Positions 47,101 to 55,025 of a DNA stretch of 64,000 nt are shown piece after piece. Numbering within the stretch: position 1 is the first letter of the stretch; every line of letters begins with the position of its first letter. The stretch lies in the IMG/VR virus record IMGVR_UViG_3300037882_003354, positions 248,001 through 312,000 of that record. One strand, written 5' to 3'. The notes under the pieces are model-generated. The model ran no database searches. It was not told the DNA's origin and saw only the letters and a program-made list of their open reading frames with translations. A program made the position numbers and the translations under genes.

Positions 47101-50100
47101 GTGTCTCCCAGACTGCCAGTATAACCAATGGATCCAGTATAACCTCGACTGCCGGTGTATCCCAGACTGCCGTCGTATCCTCTGCTGCCGGTATAACCCA
47201 GGGACCCAGTGTATCCCTGTGGGCCTGACACTGTGCTGTTTGCACCTGAACTGCCAGCATACCCAATGCTGCCAACGTAACCAACTGATCCAGTATAGCC
47301 CAGGCTGCCGGTATAGCCCAGGCTACCGGCATATCCTGAATCTCCGCGACTGCCAGTATAACCAATGGATCCGGTATAACCAATGCTACCGGTGTATCCT
47401 TGACTGCCCACATACCCTCGACTGCCAGTGTATCCTTGACTGCCGGTATAACCAATTGACCCAGTGTAACCAGATGGTCCTACAATTACACCAACATCGA
47501 TAAATCCTGACACGTTACCTGGGGCACTGGAATTGGCATACACCCACAAGCGGCCAGTGTCTATTGCAATATATCCATCCCCCAGGGCAGGAGTACTTAT
47601 GCTTGAAAGGTCTGACGACGTGAGCACGCTGCCCTTGATGTTAAGTCCAGTGCCAGCACTTCCGGTGTATCCAATACTACCGGTGTATCCTTGACTGCCA
47701 GTGTATCCTTGACTGCCAGTATAGCCACGACTGCCAGTGTAGCCTATACTTCCAGTATACCCAATTGATCCTGTGTAACCAGTTGATCCCTGATATCCAT
47801 TAACGCCCTGTGATCCATCGTAACCAGCAGAACCAGTATAACCGCGGGATCCTGCATAGCCTGTGGATCCAACATAGCCAACAACGCCGGCGGTGTATGG
47901 TACTCCGTTGATGCACAGGCCGTTGGCATCCACCTTGATACGCTCGCAAGTGCCAGCACCTATTAACACTGTGCATACACAGCCTGCACCAGCCTGCAAC
48001 TGACCGATCACTGTGTTGCTGTGTCCAGTGGTTATGGCACATCCTGCACAAAACCCAATGCCAATGTTGTCGCTGGAAGTTGCACTGGCCAAGGAGTTGA
48101 CACCGATGGCAATATTGCAGTTGCCTGTACTGGAAACACCCAGACTGCCGAATCCCATGCTGATGTTGTCACAACCAGTGATGTTATAAATCAGCGCATT
48201 GCAACCCAGGGCAATATTGCTGTTGCCGAATTCGTTAAAAAATAATGAATTATATCCCATGGCAATATTATTATTGCCAGTGGTGTTACTGTTCAAGGAT
48301 TGGTAACCCACTGCAAAGTTATCACAGCCAGTGGTGTTGCCTTGAAGTGCGCTGCCCCCAACGGCCGTGTTGCGTGTGCCCAGCGTGTTTCCGTAGAGAG
48401 CTCTGTGTCCAATGGCTGTGTTATAACAACCATTGGTGTTGCTATAGAGTGCATATGCACCCTGAGCTGTGTTATTGCAACCAGTGGTATTGTTGTGAAG
48501 TGCACTGTAACCTTGTGCCACGTTATAACAACCGGTGGTATTGCTGAGGAGTGCACTACTGCCCTGAGCAGTATTATAACCACCAAGGGTGTTGTTTTGT
48601 AGTGAATTGGCACCCTGGGCTGTGTTGAAGCAGCCAGTGGTGTTAGTAATCAGTGCAGCAGCACCTTGAGCTGTATTGTAGCAGCCAGAGGTATTACTAT
48701 AGAGTACATTGTTACCCTGACCTGTGTTACCGCAGCCAGTGGTATTACTGTAAAGCGCAGAATAACCCTGGGCTGAGTTGTTACAACCGGTGGTATTACT
48801 ATAGAGTGCATTAAAACCCAGAGCTGTGTTGCTGCTGCCCAGTGTGCTGCTGCGTAGTGCTTGGTGTCCGATGGCCGTGTTGTTGATGCCAGAGGTGCTG
48901 GATTTTAATGCTTCTGATCCAATGGCTATATTATAGCCGCCCACAGTATTGGTCACCAGTGCACACAGACCAATGGCTATGTTGTCAGTTCCTGTCTGTG
49001 TGGTATTACCCGAGCAGTAGCCCACGCTGATGTTGCCCAGGTTTGACGTGGTATAAGCATACACTGTGCCCAGTGATGTTGGCGTTGCAGGGCTAGTACT
49101 ACCGGCACTGAATAATGCACCGTTTTGATAAAGGTTGCCATTAAAATGTATGTCACAGCCAACCCCCAGGCCACCCACAATGGTCACGGCACCAGTGATG
49201 GTGGAAATGGCATTGGCAGTAGACAGCACATTGACATTGGTGGCTGTGGCCGTGAATATGGGAGTACCCAGCGACCTTACAGCCAGGGTTCCTTCAGAGT
49301 TGATCAGGTCCACACTCTGGCTGGTGCTGTTTTGTATGCTGATGCCCGCAGTATTTGATCCCTTGTTCTTGAAAAGTGCACTGGCAGTAAAACTGGGGAA
49401 TGTCTGTGCGCTGTTGATTTCAAAGGTGGATTGATTGCCTGCATATACACCGCCACCCAGCCCCAGCCCGCCAACAACGATCACAGCACCAGTGGTTGTT
49501 GATGTGGCAATAGTGGAACTGGTGACTGCAATTTTGGGCATGGTCAGTATGCCACTGCTGGCCACGTAACTTAGGCCACTGTTGGCACCCAGGCTGAGAT
49601 AATCTCCCACAGCCGAAGCCATGGTGGGATAATATACTGTGGAACTGGTATTGGTTATATTATTGACAAAAATCCTGTCGGCCTGGCCGGAAGTAACTGA
49701 TCCAAAGATGCTGGAAGTACTAACCCAGGTGGCAGTGGTGCCCTGTGATTGCAACAAATAACCAGCTGTGCCTATGGGAATGAACGCAGTGGTGCTGTTT
49801 CCAGTCTGTATGGGTATGGAGCCAGTGGCGCCGCCCACCAGATTGACTGCAGAATTCACCTGCGCGGGTGCTGACCCGGTGTACCCAATGAGTCCGCGAC
49901 TGCCTGCATAACCAATGCTTCCAGTATAACCCTGAGAACCCACATAACCACGGCTGCCAGTGTACCCAATGCTGCCTGAGTAACCCAGGCCGCTTGAGCC
50001 GGTGTAGCCAGTGCTGCCCAGATATCCACGACTGCCAGTATAGCCTATGCTGCCGGTGTAGCCCAGACTGCCGGCACTGCCATTATATCCTGTGTCTCCT

Positions 50101-50309
50101 CGACTGCCTGTATACCCGATTAATCCTCGAGATCCAATGTATCCCCTGGGGCCCTGGGGGCCCTGGGCGCCTTCAGTGCCCAGTATTGCTGCGGCTCTCG
50201 CCACAGTCAGTGTCAATTCAGTGCCGCCCTCCGTGACAATAAACAGCGTTTCCCCAACAGTGGGGCTGGTCAGTGGTATTAGAGATTCGAGTTCTTGACG
50301 GATGGGCAT
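44190..50309 (-). CDS. Long tail fibre with collagen-like repeats, beta-roll repeats and C-terminal S74-type chaperone
   Basis: GYTGSx hexapeptide runs, NTAxGxxALxxNTTG 14-mers, SDRRLKTNV...YEKVVPLLVEAIKEL. Confidence 0.88.
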   Translation of the reverse strand: MPIRQELESLIPLTSPTVGETLFIVTEGGTELTLTVARAAAILGTEGAQGPQGPRGYIGSRGLIGYTGSRGDTGYNGSAGSLGYTGSIGYTGSRGYLGSTGYTGSSGLGYSGSIGYTGSRGYVGSQGYTGSIGYAGSRGLIGYTGSAPAQVNSAVNLVGGATGSIPIQTGNSTTAFIPIGTAGYLLQSQGTTATWVSTSSIFGSVTSGQADRIFVNNITNTSSTVYYPTMASAVGDYLSLGANSGLSYVASSGILTMPKIAVTSSTIATSTTTGAVIVVGGLGLGGGVYAGNQSTFEINSAQTFPSFTASALFKNKGSNTAGISIQNSTSQSVDLINSEGTLAVRSLGTPIFTATATNVNVLSTANAISTITGAVTIVGGLGVGCDIHFNGNLYQNGALFSAGSTSPATPTSLGTVYAYTTSNLGNISVGYCSGNTTQTGTDNIAIGLCALVTNTVGGYNIAIGSEALKSSTSGINNTAIGHQALRSSTLGSSNTALGFNALYSNTTGCNNSAQGYSALYSNTTGCGNTGQGNNVLYSNTSGCYNTAQGAAALITNTTGCFNTAQGANSLQNNTLGGYNTAQGSSALLSNTTGCYNVAQGYSALHNNTTGCNNTAQGAYALYSNTNGCYNTAIGHRALYGNTLGTRNTAVGGSALQGNTTGCDNFAVGYQSLNSNTTGNNNIAMGYNSLFFNEFGNSNIALGCNALIYNITGCDNISMGFGSLGVSSTGNCNIAIGVNSLASATSSDNIGIGFCAGCAITTGHSNTVIGQLQAGAGCVCTVLIGAGTCERIKVDANGLCINGVPYTAGVVGYVGSTGYAGSRGYTGSAGYDGSQGVNGYQGSTGYTGSIGYTGSIGYTGSRGYTGSQGYTGSQGYTGSIGYTGSAGTGLNIKGSVLTSSDLSSISTPALGDGYIAIDTGRLWVYANSSAPGNVSGFIDVGVIVGPSGYTGSIGYTGSQGYTGSRGYVGSQGYTGSIGYTGSIGYTGSRGDSGYAGSLGYTGSLGYTGSVGYVGSIGYAGSSGANSTVSGPQGYTGSLGYTGSRGYDGSLGYTGSRGYTGSIGYTGSLGDTGYVGSRGSRGDFGYTGSLGSGLNIKGSVTEATTSQFASIVGPINIGDGYIAANSGNLWVYSNATAPGNVSGFSDVGKIVGPSGYSGSRGYVGSIGYTGSASNVQGPQGYTGSSGYTGSQGIGYSGSSVLGYTGSVGYVGSRGLLGYTGSGAQGYTGSQGYTGSQGVGYTGSGAQGYTGSSGYAGSQGVGFTGSIGYTGSIGYIGSRGYAGSSGIGYSGSAGYAGSQGIGYTGSGTQGYTGSLGYTGSTGFGYSGSLGYTGSAGAGYVGSAVLGYTGSIGVGYQGSVGYTGSAATGYVGSGVLGYTGSRGLIGYTGSASTGYAGSGVLGYTGSRGDVGYNGSNGYTGSRGYTGSIGYTGSSGYVGSQGYTGSVGWVGSRGDPGYIGSTGYTGSSAAGYVGSSAASTLATPTSLGSVFGYTTGLGNVGIGCCAGNKTQTGCYNFAAGCHALVNNTTGCNNFAQGTSSLGKNTIGNNNFAVGYNALSNNIIGCSNIAIGCFALRQNTTDGNVAIGALAMAANTTGWGNLAVGTGALSNAIENSYNTAVGHNALFSNNSPGPSGYGNNNTAIGACALYFNINGCGNTAQGVGALYCNSGGVNNVAIGYGTLKCNIVGCYNTGLGVGALVQNTGGGCNTAVGNDTLFRNTNGGLNTAVGSYALQCNITGITNTAIGACALNANTSGVDNTAVGWNALVSNTIGSRNIGIGYCAGCAITTGINNTVIGALIGSNGLSSTVLIGAGTAERIRVDSTGILCINSTSSLQFTSVGIGAAASGTAGTLNATLLTTQVGTTNGFLTLRTGTSAKSGYVEFFPHSGGVRQGYIGFVGTNAATIDEGTIPYVAKCHEFSGALTTTGDITAFFSDRRLKTNVCVITDAVTKVRALTGIRYTPNQLAEQLGFSTDESIVGLFADELEAVLPEAVKLAPFDSDENGDSKSGENYRTIQYEKVVPLLVEAIKELSKEFEEFKKKFS
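45895..47890 (-). repeat. Main collagen-like coding repeat block (about 18-nt unit; boundaries approximate)
   Basis: Gly at every third residue, GYTGS(I/R/Q/L/A); a shorter block lies at about 49875..50171. Confidence 0.85.
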
Positions 50310-50334
50310 TATGTTAATTACCTGTTATAAAAGA

Positions 50335-50341
50335 TATTTAT
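50335..50341 (-). promoter_or_regulatory. T4-type late promoter core ATAAATA
   Basis: Upstream of the 50309 fibre start. Confidence 0.55.
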
Positions 50342-50418
50342 CCGGGTGGACATGTGGCTGTATCACCAACATATTTAACATTTTCCAGTGTAAAATTTCA
50401 CATTTATTGACGAATAGT

Positions 50419-50447
50419 TTGACTGCACTGGAATTTCGCCGTATAAT
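50419..50447 (+). promoter_or_regulatory. sigma70-type promoter opening the + strand arm
   Basis: TTGACT-17 nt-TATAAT. Confidence 0.82.
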
Positions 50448-50487
50448 ATGCGTATCATACCAGGACAGCAGGGACAGAGTATTTTGC

Positions 50488-50564
50488 ACGGCCATACCGG
50501 AACGCTCTTCTAAAGCGTAGTACCGTAATTGGAGTCAATGTGGGTTCGAGTCCCGCTGGCCGTA
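50488..50564 (+). tRNA. tRNA-Arg(TCT)-like element lacking a D arm
   Basis: Acceptor ACGGCCA/TGGCCGT; anticodon arm ACGCT-CTTCTAA-AGCGT; T arm GTGGG-TTCGAGT-CCCGC; only 7 nt where the D arm should be. Confidence 0.65.
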
Positions 50565-50609
50565 CAAAATACTTTCGAACAGCTGAATCAACACAATAAC
50601 CAACAAATC

Positions 50610-51389
50610 ATGAGTAGAAAACTAACCATCATAACTAGAACATGCGGCAGAGTATTTGCCATTCACGGAAGCCGATACATTGACCGAACCAAGGCCGAAA
50701 TTATCAACACCTGCCTCAGCAGTCTGGTCCACAGCATCAACCGGGTGCAAGGACATGAGATTGAGTTGTATGTGCTGGACGATCACAGTGACGATGCTGT
50801 GACGGCAGACATCAAGACCATATTGTCCAAGTGCAAATTTCCCACAGAGTTCATACCAGTTGTGGACGGCACTGGCGCCAGCCACACCTGTTTCAAGGTG
50901 TACGACCTGGTGGAAAAACACGCCACTGACCTCTGGTTGCACGTGGAGGATGATTATCTGCACGTGCCCGAATCCATTCAGGACATGATTGACACGGTGG
51001 ATCACTTGGAGGTCAATACTGGACGAATGATTGCCATCAATCCACACGATGATCCGCACCGCTACTCCAGCCAAATTTATGAAAGCATCCTGCTGTACGG
51101 CCCCGAGCGGCATTATCGCACGGTCAAACACAGCACATACACCTGCCTGGCCAGTCGTGCCATTTACGACACCTATCGAGATCTCTTCCAGGAATCGGCA
51201 GAGTGGATACTCAGACGTGGTGAAGACGAGCACATCAATCGGGTGTGGAGCAAGCCTGATGTCATGATGTTCAGCCCCATACCCAGTGTGGCCCTGCATT
51301 TGGCAGACGAAATGAGTCGAGATCCTTACCTGGACATTGACCAACTATGGAACAGTGTGCCTGAACTCTGGAGGACGGATCATGAGTAA
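50610..51389 (+). CDS. GT-A (family 2-like) glycosyltransferase
   Basis: YVLDDHS, WLHVEDDY, SVALH; start re-picked to MSRKL. Confidence 0.72.
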   Translation: MSRKLTIITRTCGRVFAIHGSRYIDRTKAEIINTCLSSLVHSINRVQGHEIELYVLDDHSDDAVTADIKTILSKCKFPTEFIPVVDGTGASHTCFKVYDLVEKHATDLWLHVEDDYLHVPESIQDMIDTVDHLEVNTGRMIAINPHDDPHRYSSQIYESILLYGPERHYRTVKHSTYTCLASRAIYDTYRDLFQESAEWILRRGEDEHINRVWSKPDVMMFSPIPSVALHLADEMSRDPYLDIDQLWNSVPELWRTDHE

Positions 51390-52206
51390 TCGAACATTTC
51401 TTCATGCTGGCACTTTTGGCGACACCATTTATGCCCTGAATGTCATCAAGTTACTGGGCGGCGGCGATCTTTACATCGAATTAAATGGCATGGATGCTCT
51501 GGCACGGAAAATGTGGGGCGGTGGTGATGCAGGGGATCACAGAGGCAGATACACTCAACAAGACATTGATTTTATCCTGCCCTTGCTTGAAAAACAAAGT
51601 TACATCAACCAGGTGAAGATCTGGAACGGGGAACACATAGACCATGATCTCAGGGATCACTATAAATTTTGGGCCAAGAGGGAGGGAAAAATAGAAAACT
51701 GGATGGGCAACCAAACAGAAACCTATGCAATCGCCTGCGGCTTGGACATACACCAGCACAGACAGGACCTCTTGATCAATCCCTGGTTGGACAACATTGA
51801 TCCGGTGTCAATTCCAGGTAAACCCATCATTCTCAATCGCACACATCGACACATCAGACGCGACACTTTCAACATGCAGTTGACTAATGATCAATGTGAT
51901 CACTGGATCAAGGAAGACAGTTTGCTGGACATGGCGGTGTTTGTGGGCGCTCCACAGGAGCATGCAGAATTTTGTGAACAATATGCATGTGATATCCAAT
52001 ACCGACCAGTGACTGACATGCTGGAAATGGCGCAGCTGATAAAAGGATCCGAACAGTTTATCGGAAACCAGAGCATGGCATTGAGCCTGGCCATAGCACT
52101 GGGTAAAACTTTTTGGTGTGAAATTCGGGTGGATTACGAAGATATAAAAACACCACACGGATATGGCGACGTCTGGTTCCCCAGGGCCAATGGTCATTAT
52201 TTTTAA
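51382..52206 (+). CDS. GT9-like (heptosyltransferase-like) glycosyltransferase
   Basis: HAGTFGDTIYAL; MLEMAQLIKGSEQFIGNQSMALSLAIALGK. Confidence 0.65.
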   Translation: MSNRTFLHAGTFGDTIYALNVIKLLGGGDLYIELNGMDALARKMWGGGDAGDHRGRYTQQDIDFILPLLEKQSYINQVKIWNGEHIDHDLRDHYKFWAKREGKIENWMGNQTETYAIACGLDIHQHRQDLLINPWLDNIDPVSIPGKPIILNRTHRHIRRDTFNMQLTNDQCDHWIKEDSLLDMAVFVGAPQEHAEFCEQYACDIQYRPVTDMLEMAQLIKGSEQFIGNQSMALSLAIALGKTFWCEIRVDYEDIKTPHGYGDVWFPRANGHYF

Positions 52207-52229
52207 CAGTGATTGATAAAAGGATTAAC

Positions 52230-53072
52230 ATGAGCAAGAATTTAGTTTTAGGAGCCGCTTTCGGCTATGGCGTGGAAAAAGTCAAACCATTCGTTCTGTC
52301 ACTGCGCAGACACTATGATGGTATCATTGTGTTTGTGGTTGAGCATGTGACTGATGAATTGGCTGAATTTTATCAGGAGCATGACATTTACACCTGTGTG
52401 CCCGAAGGTCCAGTCAATCGCGGATATGCCAATGTTGATAGATTCAGGTATTATCTGGACTGCCTGGAAAACTTTGACGACATTGACAACGTCATGCTGA
52501 CCGACATTCGTGATGTGGTGTTTCAAAGCAATCCATTTGATCACTATCCCAAACACGATATTGAATTATTTGCTGAACCGGAAGTGTTTGGCAAGTGCAA
52601 TCATAATGGTCCTTGGTATTCAGGATTATACGGTGCACAGCAGCTGGACAAGATCAAAGATGAATACGTGCTGTGTGCTGGCACCACCCTGGGCAAGTTT
52701 GACACCATGGTGCAATACATCACAGTTTTGATTGAAGAAATTGCCAAGTTGGAACAGGCAGGCCTGGCACATGGCACCTGCGATCAGGCTGTGCACAATC
52801 ACATTGTTTATACCGGAAGGTTTTCTGATTACCGAATCAATCATAACGGTCAAGGCCTGGTGGCCACCATGCACCATAGCAAGACACTGACATTCGATCG
52901 ACAGGGACGCATGTTAAATCATGACGGCTCGCCCACACCAGTGGTGCATCAATATGATCGGTGTGGTGCCATGAGTGTGGTTTTTCTTAAAAACGCGCTG
53001 GGGCTGACAGGCAAGGGCATTCGAACAGCCGCGGAGTATGCCGCAAATAATTTTTTCGAACATGATTTGTAA
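52230..53072 (+). CDS. Putative GT-A glycosyltransferase
   Basis: LTDIRDVVFQSNPF, LCAGT, DQAVHN, VVHQYDR. Confidence 0.65.
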   Translation: MSKNLVLGAAFGYGVEKVKPFVLSLRRHYDGIIVFVVEHVTDELAEFYQEHDIYTCVPEGPVNRGYANVDRFRYYLDCLENFDDIDNVMLTDIRDVVFQSNPFDHYPKHDIELFAEPEVFGKCNHNGPWYSGLYGAQQLDKIKDEYVLCAGTTLGKFDTMVQYITVLIEEIAKLEQAGLAHGTCDQAVHNHIVYTGRFSDYRINHNGQGLVATMHHSKTLTFDRQGRMLNHDGSPTPVVHQYDRCGAMSVVFLKNALGLTGKGIRTAAEYAANNFFEHDL

Positions 53073-53650
53073 TGATACATGTTATCGCCACATCAGCCAA
53101 CATAGAAAATAATTATGCTGTCAGGAAGCAGCAGTATCTAACCGGACTGTGTAGTATTATTTCAAATTATAAAATCAATCCTTACATCATAGAAACTTGC
53201 AGTCCAACAAACTACCTAGCTGAACATTTTGTTGGACATAGCAATTACTCGGAAAACAAAGGAATTAGTGAATTTATCAATATCGATAACTTTTTTAAGA
53301 ACACTGATTTAAAATTGGAAGATGACGATGTTATTATTAAAACTTCTCTGAGATACGAGATCGTCTCTCCACATTTACTAGATGTAATCAAATCTAATGA
53401 TCACGAAGTATACTGTAAATCTTCATCGGACATTTATGGACCTCAAGACACCGGTGTGCATTGTTTTTTATTTGCCATGAAATATAAATGTTGGAAAAAC
53501 TTTTTAAATACATTCGATAGACATGTGCACCGTGATCAACCCATAGAGGGTCAATTGGCAGATTACTTCAAAAAAACAGATACTAAATATCTGGATAAAC
53601 TGGGCATACTAGCAAATCCAGCCAATCATAACAAAATTTACACAGTATAA
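53072..53650 (+). CDS. Hypothetical protein, visibly AT-rich
   Basis: 192-aa ORF within the glycosylation block. Confidence 0.7.
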   Translation: MIHVIATSANIENNYAVRKQQYLTGLCSIISNYKINPYIIETCSPTNYLAEHFVGHSNYSENKGISEFINIDNFFKNTDLKLEDDDVIIKTSLRYEIVSPHLLDVIKSNDHEVYCKSSSDIYGPQDTGVHCFLFAMKYKCWKNFLNTFDRHVHRDQPIEGQLADYFKKTDTKYLDKLGILANPANHNKIYTV

Positions 53651-53658
53651 AGGCAAAC

Positions 53659-54198
53659 ATGTCACATCAAGCACAAATAGATTATTGTCTCTGGGTAAAG
53701 AACAAATTCCCAGAATTTTTTAAAAACACACGAGTGGTTGATTTCGGGTCCTTGGACATCAACGGCAGCAACCGGCGTTTCTTTGACAATTGTGAGTACA
53801 CTGGTTTAGACATTGGTGCTGGCAACAATGTGGACATTGTCACCAGGGCACACGAATATCATGCCCCGGATGCACACTACGATGTGGTGGTTTCTACAGA
53901 AATGTTTGAACATGACAAATACCTGCATCTCAGTCTGCCCAACATGGTCAGGGTACTGAGACCCGGCGGCCTGTTTTTCTGGACATGTGCAACCACAGGC
54001 AGGCATGAGCATGGGACTAGGAGAACAGAACCTTCTGCATCTCCGTTCACATCGCAAGCAGACGATGGCTGGGATGACTTCTACGAAAATGTAGACCAAG
54101 CCAAGGTCAGACAAATATTAGACATCGATGCTCTGTTCAGCGAGTATGCATTTGATGTTCTGGGATATGACATCAGATTTTATGGAATAAAAAAATAA
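53659..54198 (+). CDS. Class I SAM-dependent methyltransferase
   Basis: VVDFGSLDING, YTGLDI, DVVVSTEMFEHD, LRPGG. Confidence 0.88.
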   Translation: MSHQAQIDYCLWVKNKFPEFFKNTRVVDFGSLDINGSNRRFFDNCEYTGLDIGAGNNVDIVTRAHEYHAPDAHYDVVVSTEMFEHDKYLHLSLPNMVRVLRPGGLFFWTCATTGRHEHGTRRTEPSASPFTSQADDGWDDFYENVDQAKVRQILDIDALFSEYAFDVLGYDIRFYGIKK

Positions 54199-54209
54199 TC
54201 AAAAAGCAG

Positions 54210-54238
54210 TCGACAGCGGCAGCAGCCGACTGTATACT
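54210..54238 (+). promoter_or_regulatory. sigma70-type promoter for the tRNA cluster
   Basis: TCGACA-17 nt-TATACT, embedded in a CAGTCG/CGACTG inverted repeat. Confidence 0.65.
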
Positions 54239-54275
54239 ATACGTCATAGTATTGAAACAAATTAGTGTGTTATAC

Positions 54276-54348
54276 TCTCCAGTAGCTCAGCGGTAGTAGC
54301 ATTTGACTGTTAATCAAAGGGTCCGTGGTTCGATCCCACGCTGGAGAG
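54276..54348 (+). tRNA. tRNA-Asn(GTT), CCA not encoded
   Basis: TCTCCAG/CTGGAGA; TTTGA-CTGTTAA-TCAAA; G73. Confidence 0.92.
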
Positions 54349-54366
54349 CATAACACATTAATTCAT

Positions 54367-54442
54367 GGGCTGTGATTGAGCTGGGGTTCTTGGCTGCTTT
54401 GCAAGCAGTTATCGGTGGGTTCGATTCCCACACGGTCCACCA
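54367..54442 (+). tRNA. tRNA-Ala(TGC)
   Basis: G3:U70 and A73; GCTGC-TTTGCAA-GCAGT; CCA encoded; weak D stem. Confidence 0.8.
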
Positions 54443-54452
54443 AAATGATAAA

Positions 54453-54540
54453 GGAAGATTGGCAGAGTGGCCGATTGCGTCAGTCTTGAAAACTGAAGAC
54501 CCCAACGGGTCCGTGAGTTCGAATCTCACATCTTCCTCCA
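54453..54540 (+). tRNA. tRNA-Ser(TGA)
   Basis: TCAGT-CTTGAAA-ACTGA, long variable arm, CCA. Confidence 0.92.
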
Positions 54541-54542
54541 AG

Positions 54543-54571
54543 TTGACATGAGCAGCGACCGGCTGTACAAT
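54543..54571 (+). promoter_or_regulatory. sigma70-type promoter
   Basis: TTGACA-17 nt-TACAAT directly before tRNA-Lys. Confidence 0.8.
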
Positions 54572-54579
54572 CAGATCAT

Positions 54580-54655
54580 GGGACGATAGCTCAGTTGGTA
54601 GAGCAGTAGACTTTTAATTTATTGGCCGTGGGATCGTGCCCCACTCGTCCCACCA
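54580..54655 (+). tRNA. tRNA-Lys(TTT) with variant T loop
   Basis: GTAGA-CTTTTAA-TTTAT; T loop ATCGTGC; CCA. Confidence 0.88.
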
Positions 54656-54660
54656 TATTA

Positions 54661-54761
54661 AAACACATTCAACGGCAACCGGGATACCTAGCAACTGGAC
54701 GCAGGGGCTATCCAAATAGTAGGGCACTACAGCCGAAAGCTAGGACTAGAGTGTGTTTCCA
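54661..54761 (+). ncRNA. Candidate structured RNA of about 100 nt
   Basis: 10-bp closing stem AAACACATTC/GAGTGTGTTT followed by CCA; inner CCTAGC/GCTAGG helix; strand inferred from context. Confidence 0.5.
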
Positions 54762-54764
54762 TAT

Positions 54765-55010
54765 GGTGGATTAATTGTGTTGTCATGGAAAATGGCTGTG
54801 TTCACCAGCCCAGTGTTAAGAGATCAATTGGGGGAGTGCCGGCTTCGATCATGATCATAGATCATGGTTCAACCCAATCTCAACGGAGACGACGAATCCT
54901 GGACCACACAGTCCGGGCAATAAGCGTCCGGGGAAAGAAAAAATATTTCCATCCCACAAACGACAGCAGGGCGATTGCTGTTCATAATATGACAACACAA
55001 TTAATCCACC
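54765..55010 (+). ncRNA. Candidate 246-nt structured RNA
   Basis: Perfect 22-bp terminal inverted repeat plus at least five internal helices; strand inferred from context. Confidence 0.65.
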
Positions 55011-55025
55011 TGGCAAGATACACGT

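Noticed and set aside
45895-47890. Possible CRISPR array or DGR-like repeats
   Set aside because: Repeats are in-frame 18-nt coding units with synonymous variation and no unique spacers; no Cas or RT in the window
54367-54442. tRNA-Cys reading of TTGCAA
   Set aside because: The 7-nt loop register gives TGC, and G3:U70 plus A73 are Ala determinants
54765-55010. tmRNA, RNase P RNA or SRP RNA
   Set aside because: No T arm/CCA end or tag frame, no P4 GAGGAAAGUCC signature, no SRP helix 8 motif seen
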